DNA of 64,000 nt from Candidatus Woesearchaeota archaeon (GCA_964603295.1 CAZRUG010000001.1:53210-117209); one strand, 5' to 3'. Positions 29,142-38,191 are shown, numbered from the stretch's first letter. The notes: generated by a model from the letters alone, not told the origin. Numbers and translations: made by a program.

Positions 29142-30269
29142 TTAATTTAAGTTCATTAAATCAATATACAGCTGGGAGAATTTTTGTAGATTTTCTTTCT
29201 CGACATACTCATCCACTCTATGGCACATGTTCGCGTGTCCAGGACCAAATATAAAAACATCTCCATAATCAGAAAATAGTGCTGCCTCTGTCCACGGGAA
29301 ATGGACATTAAATTTGTCCTTAGAAAAATACTTTTTAGATAGTTCCTGAAGTTCTTTTGCAAATTTAGATTTTATATCTGACATAAAAGTTTTTCCATAG
29401 AAAGTTGCCTGAACTTTAACATTATTGTCAACTTTAGATGCCATTTCCTTAAGCTTTAGAAATTCACTATTAATATCTTCTGAAGGAATTAATCTTCTAG
29501 AGACATGAACTTTACAAAAATCTGGAACTGCGTTTGGGGCCGTTCCTCCAGACATGAAACCTATATTAAAAGAGGGTTTTCCAAATAAATCATCTGCCCC
29601 CACAGATTCTATCTCTCTTTCATATTCAATAAGTTTATTGCAAAAAAGGATTGCTTTATAGATTGCATTGTTTTCAAGATTATTTTTTAAATTAGTTTTC
29701 GAAGAATGCAAGGAGATACCTTCAAATTCAAAGAGTACATCAAGACACCCTTTTTGAGCATAAATAATCTCTTCATCAGTAGGTTCTGCCACAATAACAT
29801 TGGCACCTTTTAACTTGAACTGTTTTACTAATTCCAAACCCCCTGTTAAAGAGCCTTCTTCGTCTGCATCAAATAAAAGATAAATATCATTCTCTGGAAT
29901 GTCTTTAATGTTTAAAGCACCATTGATCATGCACGCTAATCCTGCTTTCATATCACTTGCCCCAAGACCATAAATACAAGAATTATCTTCAGATACTTTA
30001 AGTGGATTTTTAGACCAACCCTTAGCAATTGGAACTGTATCTGTATGGCCAACAAATACCAATGGTTTATTAGAACCTTTTCCTGGAATTTTTACAACAA
30101 GATTGTAAAGAGGTATATTCTCTCCACTTATTGGGTCCACTTTTTCTAAAGGAAATATAGTTGTTTCAAACCGACCAAGACGTAATTTTATATAATCAAT
30201 TATCTCTTTATTTGACTTAGTACACTGCGAGTCAATTTGAATTAAATCTTTTAAAATTTCATTTACCAT
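29142..30269 (-). CDS. M20 family metallopeptidase/deacylase (ArgE/DapE-like)
   Basis: 375 aa; metal-binding motifs GHTDTV, GASDMKAG, DADEEG. Confidence 0.7.
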   Translation of the reverse strand: MVNEILKDLIQIDSQCTKSNKEIIDYIKLRLGRFETTIFPLEKVDPISGENIPLYNLVVKIPGKGSNKPLVFVGHTDTVPIAKGWSKNPLKVSEDNSCIYGLGASDMKAGLACMINGALNIKDIPENDIYLLFDADEEGSLTGGLELVKQFKLKGANVIVAEPTDEEIIYAQKGCLDVLFEFEGISLHSSKTNLKNNLENNAIYKAILFCNKLIEYEREIESVGADDLFGKPSFNIGFMSGGTAPNAVPDFCKVHVSRRLIPSEDINSEFLKLKEMASKVDNNVKVQATFYGKTFMSDIKSKFAKELQELSKKYFSKDKFNVHFPWTEAALFSDYGDVFIFGPGHANMCHRVDEYVEKENLQKFSQLYIDLMNLN

Positions 30270-31066
30270 TTAGAAAGACCATTGTTTAAGACTTTAAAAA
30301 CATAATCCCCATCAAAATCTTTTAGATTCCACATAAACCAATTATTTCCTCTCTCAGGATCAGTAAATAATACTTCTCCATCTTTACCCTTAAAGGTTCT
30401 TCCAAATATTTTATGAACTGCTGGATTAATAGTTCGTAATATAAAATGTTTATAATTATCCCTTGCAGCATCTCTTAATTTTATTGTGGAGAGTATAGAG
30501 CCATTTCCGCCTCTTTGATAATCTTCTACCACTCCAATTTCTGCCGTATAAAAACATTTTTTATGGTTTATCCCTCTTTCTCTTAAGACTTTGTTTGCAA
30601 CAGGAAAATTCACACTCTTTGTTGGTTCACTTGGAAATGGATAGCCCCAGCTAAAGCCAACTGGAAAATCGTTCTCCGTTAAGATATAACCTTTAAAGCC
30701 AGGTAAAGAGACAGCTTCATCCATTAAAGCTACGTGATCCACATAATCTGGGTAAAATGGAATCGGATTTAATTGCTCGCCACATCCAGGACAAGTATCT
30801 AGATTATTCTCTTTACATAAAAATACTAAGCCTCTCGGAACACCTTGTTGATCTCGAGAAACACTTAAATCCGAACACGAATCTTCACAACAAGACCTTT
30901 CGGTATATTGCACCATGCAAAAAGAAGGATTCTCTCTTGAAAGTAATGCTCCAGAACAAATCATATCTTCATGCCAGGGGTGCCCTGAAAAAACCTCTTT
31001 ATATAAATCTTTTAACAAACCAACATTATAAGGTGATATTTTTTCTACAACCTTCTTTTGATTCAT
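30263..31066 (-). CDS. GNAT-like acyltransferase with Cys-rich insert
   Basis: 267 aa; motif-A-like YQRGGNGS; Cys cluster CCEDSCSD...CPGCGEQ. Confidence 0.45.
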   Translation of the reverse strand: MNQKKVVEKISPYNVGLLKDLYKEVFSGHPWHEDMICSGALLSRENPSFCMVQYTERSCCEDSCSDLSVSRDQQGVPRGLVFLCKENNLDTCPGCGEQLNPIPFYPDYVDHVALMDEAVSLPGFKGYILTENDFPVGFSWGYPFPSEPTKSVNFPVANKVLRERGINHKKCFYTAEIGVVEDYQRGGNGSILSTIKLRDAARDNYKHFILRTINPAVHKIFGRTFKGKDGEVLFTDPERGNNWFMWNLKDFDGDYVFKVLNNGLSKW

Positions 31067-31122
31067 ATAAATCTTTAGAAAAATATCATTTATAATTATT
31101 TGGTTTATATAAAATATACTTT

Positions 31123-31998
31123 CTAGTTTATATTTTTAACACCCTCAAATTCACTTAATACTTTTCTTTTTAATTGATCTGCAATTTCTTTGTTTTTAAT
31201 TAAGACCAATTCAATCTCAGTATCTTTCTTTAAGACATTCTTTATAAATGAAGGTATGTCTACTTCTGCTGGAAATGAATGATTTGAATAAAGCTTCTTT
31301 ATATCATCTGCTAATTTCTTTGGGAGTTTAACTTGCATAATTGTATCTCCAAATACACCTATGTCTGTTTCAGATTTCTCGTCTGACAACATAAAGTTCA
31401 CGCCTATTTGTTTATAAAATTTTTCAGACCATTTGTCTAAGGAAAAAGAATTTCTTACAATCATATAATGGTTTACGTTCTTTTCTCTTGCTCTGTCTAA
31501 TTCTGAATATTCTAATTCAGGATAAACTAAAAGCCACCAACAATGTGCTCCATCCCAAATAGTTATGTCTCCTTTCTTCTCAAGGTTTTTATAATAATTA
31601 TCTTTAATTTTTATCCACATCTTATCTAAGTCAAGTAAGTTCTTGAATTTCAGCGTCGTTGAATTACTTTCGATTTTTGTTTCAATAACTCCTTCGTGAA
31701 AGGGTATCAGGCTTTTCCCATTGTAATTTGTTAAAATATATTCAGAAAAATTTTTAATCCTTTCAGCCCATTCAATATTTAGAAGATATTTATTTCCTGT
31801 CTTGGATATAACCCCCTCATCAAAAAGTTCATTTAATGATTTATAAACAGATTGATAAGTGCAATTACAGGAGTATTTATTAATGCATCGGGTATAGGTC
31901 TCTTTAATTGACAAAGGCCATTCAGCAAGGAGAATTTGCACGATTATATCTTTCACTCTCTTTGTTTTGTTTGCCTCTGGAAGACTTATGATAAACAC
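31123..31998 (-). CDS. Hypothetical protein with N-terminal winged-helix-like region
   Basis: 291-aa ORF; no catalytic motifs recognised. Confidence 0.4.
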   Translation of the reverse strand: MFIISLPEANKTKRVKDIIVQILLAEWPLSIKETYTRCINKYSCNCTYQSVYKSLNELFDEGVISKTGNKYLLNIEWAERIKNFSEYILTNYNGKSLIPFHEGVIETKIESNSTTLKFKNLLDLDKMWIKIKDNYYKNLEKKGDITIWDGAHCWWLLVYPELEYSELDRAREKNVNHYMIVRNSFSLDKWSEKFYKQIGVNFMLSDEKSETDIGVFGDTIMQVKLPKKLADDIKKLYSNHSFPAEVDIPSFIKNVLKKDTEIELVLIKNKEIADQLKRKVLSEFEGVKNIN

Positions 31999-32099
31999 AA
32001 AAATATATAATTAAACCAATATATAAACTTTTTGTTAAACTATTTGGTTTACAAACAATCAACCGATATTATATAAGACATATTAAACATTGTTTATGT

Positions 32100-33206
32100 A
32101 TGCAGGAATACAAAGAGGCTATAAAACAATTCTATGATTACTGTAAAAAAGAAAAATATCATAACATTGGCTATCCAGAGAATGCAGATTTTGATTATTC
32201 TGAATTAAAAGATTTTTTAGATTTCTCTTTGAATAATGTTGGAGATCCATTTAAGGATTCTACTTATAAATTAAACTCTCTAAAATTTGAAAAAGAAGTT
32301 CTTGAATTTTTTATGGATTTATTCAAAATAAGTCGCGAAGACGGATGGGGCTATGTCACCACGGGCGGAACTGAGGGTAATCTTTATGGGGTTTATGTTG
32401 CAAGAGAACTCTATCCAGATTCAATACTCTATTATTCTGAGGATGCACATTATAGTGTTGACAAAATAGCGAGAATACTTCGTATGGATAAGATAAAAAT
32501 TAATTCTTTATCTAATGGAGAGATTGATTATAATGATCTAAAAATAAATCTTGAGGAAAACAAAGAGAAGGTACCGATTATATTTGCTAATATTGGTACA
32601 ACAATGAAAGGGGCTATTGATAATCTCGATAAAATAAATCAAGTTCTTGATGAGCTTTCAATAACTAAAAAGTATATTCATTGTGATGCAGCATTAAGTG
32701 GAATGATTCTTCCATTCTTCCCTGAGGAGAATCTTAATTTTGCAAAAGGTTTAGATAGTGTGGCTATAAGTGGCCATAAATTTATTGGCTCTCCAATCCC
32801 ATGCGGAATAGTGATAACAAAGAAAGATTATGTTAATAGGATATCAAAGGAAATTGATTACATAAAAACAATTGATAATACCATAACGGGATCAAGAAAT
32901 GGTTTGACTCCATTAATACTTTGGTCTGCGATAAACAAATTAAAAGAAGATGGATTTTATGAGTTATCTTTTAATTGCATTCAAAAAGCAGATTATTTTT
33001 ATAAAAAATTAAATGACGCGGGAATAAATGCATGGAGAAATAAAAACTCTATAACAATATTCTTTGAGAATCCAAGTCAAGAGCTATGTAAAAAATGGTG
33101 TCTCGCATCAAATGATAAAATCGCACATGTCATTACAACGCCCCATGTATCCTACAAAAGATTAAATACATTAATTGAAGAAATTTGCAATGGAGTGGAA
33201 AAATAA
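32100..33206 (+). CDS. hdc: PLP-dependent histidine decarboxylase (group II decarboxylase, bacterial Hdc type)
   Basis: 368 aa. Long stretches match enterobacterial HDC from memory: NIGYPENADFDYSEL, GWGYVTTGGTEGN, YYSEDAHYSVDKIARIL, NGEIDY, PIIFANIGTT, DAALSGMILPF, GHKFIGSPIPCGIV (PLP-Lys), AWRNKNSIT, AHVITTPH. Confidence 0.85.
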   Translation: MQEYKEAIKQFYDYCKKEKYHNIGYPENADFDYSELKDFLDFSLNNVGDPFKDSTYKLNSLKFEKEVLEFFMDLFKISREDGWGYVTTGGTEGNLYGVYVARELYPDSILYYSEDAHYSVDKIARILRMDKIKINSLSNGEIDYNDLKINLEENKEKVPIIFANIGTTMKGAIDNLDKINQVLDELSITKKYIHCDAALSGMILPFFPEENLNFAKGLDSVAISGHKFIGSPIPCGIVITKKDYVNRISKEIDYIKTIDNTITGSRNGLTPLILWSAINKLKEDGFYELSFNCIQKADYFYKKLNDAGINAWRNKNSITIFFENPSQELCKKWCLASNDKIAHVITTPHVSYKRLNTLIEEICNGVEK

Positions 33207-33207
33207 A

Positions 33208-33759
33208 ATGGATAATCTTCCTCCCTTGAGAGAAGTTTTAAAATCTTTACCTAGAACCCTCAGTGAACTAACTGAATTAGAATCTATTTTAAGACCGCGT
33301 GGATGTTCCACAGAAGGTTTTATGGGGAAAGATGAAAGACTTGTTGAGATTATTGTAAAAGATTATTTTACTCTAAAGAGATTAGGTTTAACCTATAATT
33401 ATATTGCTAACCGACTTGATGAATTGTTTGATATTAATGGGGGCGAGATCGGTGATTTTAAATTTTGTTTTGATATGACTTGTGGAGTTCAATATTGCCC
33501 TTGGCCAGATACAGAAACATGTAAGGAAAGTATTCTCTATGTTATGCCAAGAAATGGAAAACCTCATTTTAAACGCGAAGAATTTTTGAAAAACAAAAGA
33601 GATGGAAAATTAAAAATAATCTCGGGGCTATTGCCCCACCTAATTAGAGATCATTATTTCTTTGAAGGTTTAAAGACAAACTATCGGGTTGATCCAGAAG
33701 AGATGTATTCTCTTTTTAATCCCACAAATGAATTAATTATTTGGCCTAAACGCAATTAA
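33208..33759 (+). CDS. Hypothetical Cys-containing protein (start placed at MDNLPPL just after the hdc stop)
   Basis: ORF 33175-33759 overlaps the hdc end; internal start with upstream A-rich region; motif CGVQYCPWPD. Confidence 0.4.
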   Translation: MDNLPPLREVLKSLPRTLSELTELESILRPRGCSTEGFMGKDERLVEIIVKDYFTLKRLGLTYNYIANRLDELFDINGGEIGDFKFCFDMTCGVQYCPWPDTETCKESILYVMPRNGKPHFKREEFLKNKRDGKLKIISGLLPHLIRDHYFFEGLKTNYRVDPEEMYSLFNPTNELIIWPKRN

Positions 33760-34563
33760 TGCTGAGTTGAAAATCCCAAAAGAATGATCTCCTGCAAAAC
33801 CAATTTTTTCTAAAGAAACATCAAAGCCATTCTCTCTTAGAAAGGCTACGCGATCAATATCAATTAGCCTACAATAAAGATTATGTAGCGTATAATAAAG
33901 TGTTTTAGGTTTATTTGCAGACCCAGATAAATACTTAATTTTATCGGAGATTGACAAAAGTTCTCTAGAACGATTCCCTAATTCATTACTCTGAGGATAT
34001 TTTATAAACTCTGGGTTAATTTTTGCATAACAACAAGGAATTAAGAAAAGGCCATTACTTTTTTGCTTAGCTGTTTGAACTATCTTATCCGCTATGCTTC
34101 CACATGTATGCAAACCAATGATAAGATCATAATCATATTCAGTAGATGAATTGAATACATCATCACAAATGAAGGTAAGATTAGGCAATAGATTTTGTTC
34201 TTTACATTTTTTTATCAATGACTTGTTATAATCAACACCAGTTACAATAATTTCTGGATTCTTAGAGGCAATTAATCTTGAAAGAGTTCCATTACCACAA
34301 CCAAATTCTAAGATAGTTTGAGCCTCATTAAATTTACTACTTATCATACAAGCCATGCTTGAATATTGTCTTTCCTTCCTGATTCTTTTAGGAGAATTAA
34401 AGGTTAATGAAGAATCTTGCACCCCCCCTCCGAGATAGAAACTCTCTTCAAGCTCACTTAAAGTTTTCTTAGAATTGGACAGATTTAATAATTCATTATA
34501 CACAAAATCAAAATATTCTAGAGAATAATTAATCATCTCTAAAAAGTGTATTATAAACTGCAC
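33733..34563 (-). CDS. Class I SAM-dependent methyltransferase
   Basis: 276 aa; motif I ILEFGCGNG, motif II/III GVDYN...DLIIGLH. Confidence 0.65.
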   Translation of the reverse strand: MQFIIHFLEMINYSLEYFDFVYNELLNLSNSKKTLSELEESFYLGGGVQDSSLTFNSPKRIRKERQYSSMACMISSKFNEAQTILEFGCGNGTLSRLIASKNPEIIVTGVDYNKSLIKKCKEQNLLPNLTFICDDVFNSSTEYDYDLIIGLHTCGSIADKIVQTAKQKSNGLFLIPCCYAKINPEFIKYPQSNELGNRSRELLSISDKIKYLSGSANKPKTLYYTLHNLYCRLIDIDRVAFLRENGFDVSLEKIGFAGDHSFGIFNSALIAFRPNN

Positions 34564-36073
34564 TAACTGGGACAGACGTTTGAGTTCCTGTAGCTAAATC
34601 CTTAACCATTACAGCTCCTTGAGCAAGTTCATTTTCACCAATAAAACCAACATAAGGAATTCCAGATTTATTTGCGTAGTCTACTGCTTTTTTCGCTGAT
34701 ACCCCCTGAAGATTGATATCTGTTCTAATTCCCTGATCCCTCATATCTTCAGCAATCTTTAGTGTAGAGAGGATGTTTTCCTGACCAATAGGAATAAGGT
34801 ATAATTGTCTTCTAGTGGAAGGTATTTCAGAATTACGTTTAATCAATGAAGCTAATCTCTCCAAACCAAATGAGAATCCAACAGCAGGAATTTTTTCTCC
34901 TTGTCCTCTGTAATCCCCAATCATATCATCAAAACGTCCACCTGCAAGTATAGCCGAAGATAAAATATCTTTATTCTTAAGAAAGACTTCTATTGTTGTC
35001 CCAGTATAATAATCTAACCCTCTCGCTAAGGATGGATTAAAAACAACTGAAGAAAAACCCATTGAGTTGGCATAATCAAATATCTGACTAACCTCCCTGA
35101 GACCTTCAGCACTTATCGGACTTTTAAGAGCTTTTTCAAGAAGAGATACTTTCTGTTGGTTTGAACCTTCTACAGAAACTAAATCTAGTATTTTACTTAC
35201 AGAAGAGTCAGTTAGTAACCTTTCTCCTGAATACCTAAATGTATCTAAGAAAGAAAACACTTCATCCGAGCCAGGCAAGGAATGTAAAGACCTTTTCAAA
35301 TATTCATAACCACTTGATCCAATCTCAGAGACTAATCTCGTTTTCATATCTTCATCCCCAAGGGAAGGAAGACCTTCTTCTTTGATTCCGCCATATAAAT
35401 CAGTTAAAATATTATTTGACAACACTTTTGGTTCGTCGAAGAAAGATAATTCATATAATTGATTCTTAACACCATTAAGACCAATTTTATCCATTTTATC
35501 AAGAGTGGATATTGTCCTTAAGCGAGCATTTAATGGAACCTCTGCAATATCCATAATTCCTTCAAGGACTTTTCTATTATTTATATTAACCTCGATATCT
35601 CCAAGACCTAGTTCACCAAATGCTCTTTGGGCAAGAGCCAATAATTCGGCTTCTGCAGTCATATCAGGTACTCCAACAATATCTGCATCACATTGAGTAA
35701 AAATTCTATATCTTCCCTGACCTGGATTTACTGGACCATCTCTAAAAACCTCTCCAATTGCATATCTCTTAAATGGGATTCTTACTGTATTCTGGAATGT
35801 TGATAAAAATCTAGCTAGGGGAACTGTTTGATCAAATCTCAAAGCGAGCCCGTTATTTCCCCGATCTTGAACTTGATAAACTTCTTTTTGAATCTCTCCC
35901 CCCCCCTTAAATTGAACCGTATTTAACCTCTCAAATAAAGGAGTTTCTAGTCTGTCATAACCATATAATTCAAAAATCTTTGTTAATGTATCACGTACTT
36001 TAGCTCTTGCAATAGCATTCTTACCATGCCAATCACGAACCCCTTTTGCAGGAAAAAACTTTGGTTTAGCCAT
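34529..36073 (-). CDS. hisS: Histidyl-tRNA synthetase (class II aaRS, catalytic)
   Basis: 514 aa; motif 2 RYAIGEVFRDG...GRYRIFTQCDADIVG; HisRS motif AGGRFDDM with the Arg; C-terminal anticodon-binding-like domain. Confidence 0.8.
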   Translation of the reverse strand: MAKPKFFPAKGVRDWHGKNAIARAKVRDTLTKIFELYGYDRLETPLFERLNTVQFKGGGEIQKEVYQVQDRGNNGLALRFDQTVPLARFLSTFQNTVRIPFKRYAIGEVFRDGPVNPGQGRYRIFTQCDADIVGVPDMTAEAELLALAQRAFGELGLGDIEVNINNRKVLEGIMDIAEVPLNARLRTISTLDKMDKIGLNGVKNQLYELSFFDEPKVLSNNILTDLYGGIKEEGLPSLGDEDMKTRLVSEIGSSGYEYLKRSLHSLPGSDEVFSFLDTFRYSGERLLTDSSVSKILDLVSVEGSNQQKVSLLEKALKSPISAEGLREVSQIFDYANSMGFSSVVFNPSLARGLDYYTGTTIEVFLKNKDILSSAILAGGRFDDMIGDYRGQGEKIPAVGFSFGLERLASLIKRNSEIPSTRRQLYLIPIGQENILSTLKIAEDMRDQGIRTDINLQGVSAKKAVDYANKSGIPYVGFIGENELAQGAVMVKDLATGTQTSVPVSAVYNTLFRDD

Positions 36074-36180
36074 ATTTAAAATATGGGCTTTATCTTTAAA
36101 AAGATATGTATAATTGACTAGATAAACGAATTAGTTTAGAAGATAAAAATATTTAAACTAGTATTTATTCTACAATTAAA

Positions 36181-37314
36181 ATGAAAACAGACTTACCAAA
36201 AGGATTCAAAGATTATACTGGAGAACAAGCTGAAAAACGAGAGTTTATTAAAGAGGTTTTAAAGCAGACTTTTGAAAGATACGGATTCCAACCAGCGGAA
36301 ACACCAGTTGTAGAATACGAAGAATTTGTTAGAGGGGAAAACCCAAATGACGAAGCTGTTTCAGACATTTTTAAACTAGAAGACAGAGGAAAAAGAAAAC
36401 TTGCACTTCGTTATGAGCATACATTTTCTTTAAAACGAGTAATGCAAAATAAAAAAATTCCTTACAAAAGATATGCAATAGGTCCTGTTTTTAGAGACGA
36501 ACCTGTAACAGGAAATAGAACACGCCAGTTCACACAATGCGACATTGACATTCTCGGCTCAACACTAAAAGACGACGCTGAAATACTCGCTGTAATAAAC
36601 TCTGTATTAAAAGCACTTCAAATAGAAGCAACAATATTTGTAAATAACAGAAGAATAATGAATGAAATATTTGAGACCCAAGGAATTGTGACTAACAAGG
36701 ATCAGATAATCCGAGAGATTGACAAGCTTGATAAGTTAAGTGAAAAAGAAGTAAAAGAAAATCTAAAGAAGTTTAAAGCAGAGAACATATTAGATATTTT
36801 CAAAAAACCAATCAAGGAATTTGAACAATACGAATCTTTCAAGGAAGTAAAAGAACTCTTAGATTATTGCAAAGCTTATGGAGTTAAAATAGAATTCCAG
36901 CCAACACTTGCAAGAGGTTTATCTTATTACACTGGGACAGTCTTTGAAATCAAAACAAAGCAAATCAGAGAAACAATATTCGGTGGAGGAAGCTACACAT
37001 TTAATGGAGTTCAGGGAGTTGGTTTTGGAGTAAGCTTAGAAAGATTAGGAATTGTAACTAACATCAGGATTGATTTAGAAAAATACTTAATTGTTTCATT
37101 AAATCAAGATAAACAAGCAATAAAAATCGCAAATCAGTTTAGGGAAGCAGGTAAAAATGTATCAATGTATTATGGAAAGCCAAGCAAAGCACTTGAATAT
37201 GCAAATTCATATGGGATCAATAAAGTAATATTTATCGGAGAAGAGGAAGTCAAACTTAAACAATTTAAAGTTAGAATTATGTCCTCTGGAAAAGAAAGCG
37301 TTCTAAGATTTTAA
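36181..37314 (+). CDS. HisRS paralog lacking the catalytic Arg (HisZ-like or other non-canonical HisRS-like protein)
   Basis: 377 aa; motif 2 RYAIGPVFRDE...RTRQFTQCDIDILG conserved, but GGGSYT replaces GGGRYD; C-terminal VIFIGEEE anticodon-binding-like segment. Confidence 0.6.
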   Translation: MKTDLPKGFKDYTGEQAEKREFIKEVLKQTFERYGFQPAETPVVEYEEFVRGENPNDEAVSDIFKLEDRGKRKLALRYEHTFSLKRVMQNKKIPYKRYAIGPVFRDEPVTGNRTRQFTQCDIDILGSTLKDDAEILAVINSVLKALQIEATIFVNNRRIMNEIFETQGIVTNKDQIIREIDKLDKLSEKEVKENLKKFKAENILDIFKKPIKEFEQYESFKEVKELLDYCKAYGVKIEFQPTLARGLSYYTGTVFEIKTKQIRETIFGGGSYTFNGVQGVGFGVSLERLGIVTNIRIDLEKYLIVSLNQDKQAIKIANQFREAGKNVSMYYGKPSKALEYANSYGINKVIFIGEEEVKLKQFKVRIMSSGKESVLRF

Positions 37315-37610
37315 CCGAATCCCTTGAAAAGGAACAATTTCTATCAAGCCCAAATCCCTAAATATTAAAAGAATCTCCCAACATTCTCTTTTCTAAACTC
37401 AGCATTTTCTCTTAAAGTTTCCAAAACATTTTCAAAATCCTTTCTTTCAATCTTTCCTCGAACTTCTACTTCTATTTGTTTTGTCATAAAAAATAAAAGA
37501 AATTTAATGTTAAAAAGTTATCTAAGTCTTGTCGACCACCATTGCGTGAAGTCACAAGTTAATTATTAAGAAATCTTATGAACGCCCTCGAATCCGACAA
37601 AATGTACAGA

Positions 37611-37792
37611 CGCCCCGACCGAGATTCGAACTCGGGTCACCGCCTAACTCCAAAGTGGGTTGCATTGAGATGCATAGACTTTCCCTCTCACCGAGGTTCC
37701 ATCACCCCTCTTTTCCTCCTTCAGGCATAAGAATATGATATTCCCTTAGGATTTTGAGAGGGCGGCATTCTTGGCCTCTGAACTATCGGGGC
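37611..37792 (-). tRNA. Intron-containing tRNA. Tentatively tRNA-Glu(CUC) with a ~109-nt intron at the canonical 37/38 position; no CCA encoded
   Basis: Manual fold: acceptor GCCCCGA/TCGGGGC, D-arm GTTC-AGAGGCCAA-GAAT, anticodon stem CCGCC/GGCGG, loop CTCTCA|A, T-arm CCGAG-TTCGAAT-CTCGG, discriminator G. 73 nt of exon plus 109 nt of intron equals the 182-nt span exactly. Confidence 0.5.
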
Positions 37793-38110
37793 TGTTTGTT
37801 GTGTGAAGAGGTATTGACCTCTCGTCTGTATTCCTCGAAGACAGGCGAGGTAGAACTTTTAGTTCTGCCTGAACTATCGGGGCTGTTTGTTGTGTGAAGA
37901 GGTATTGACCTCTCGTCTGTATTCCTCGAAGACAGGCGAGGTAGAACTTTTAGTTCTGCCTGAACTATCGGGGCTGTTTGTTGTGTGAAGAGGTATTGAC
38001 CTCTTGCACTTAATTTTGAGTGCAAGGTAAATGTTTACTTTTGCCTTGTTTGGATTCCCTGAAGACGAACAAGCTAAAATCTTTTGATTTTTGCTGAACT
38101 ATCGGGCTCA
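37779..38110. repeat. Tandem 91-bp repeat: 2 perfect units (37779-37869, 37870-37960), a 44-bp partial (37961-38004), and a degenerate fourth copy near 38055-38110. Each carries the tRNA 5' 15 nt plus upstream leader with three hairpins
   Basis: Direct reading of the repeat units; each contains tgaactatcggggc, which is the reverse complement of the tRNA 5' end GCCCCGATAGTTCA. Confidence 0.85.
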
Positions 38111-38191
38111 CTCGTTTCAATAAGGATTCTTTCTTTATTTTTAAATTTATAGATTCAAAAGACTTAAAAGGCAATATAAGGATTTGTTTAT

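Noticed and set aside
37611-37792. Possible RNase P RNA or SRP RNA, from a GGAAAGTC-like motif and ~180-nt length
   Set aside because: A complete tRNA cloverleaf with a single intron accounts for all 182 nt exactly. The universal RNase P P4 and CR-V motifs and the SRP helix-8 motifs are absent.
37779-38005. Possible CRISPR array, from regularly spaced identical repeats
   Set aside because: The units are 91 bp and identical across the whole period, with no unique spacers. The repeat content is the tRNA 5' end plus leader. This is a tandem duplication, not CRISPR.
37783-38025. 80-aa minus-strand ORF through the 91-bp tandem repeats
   Set aside because: The reading frame is generated by repeat periodicity and its translation has low complexity. 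It overlaps the tRNA 5' end.
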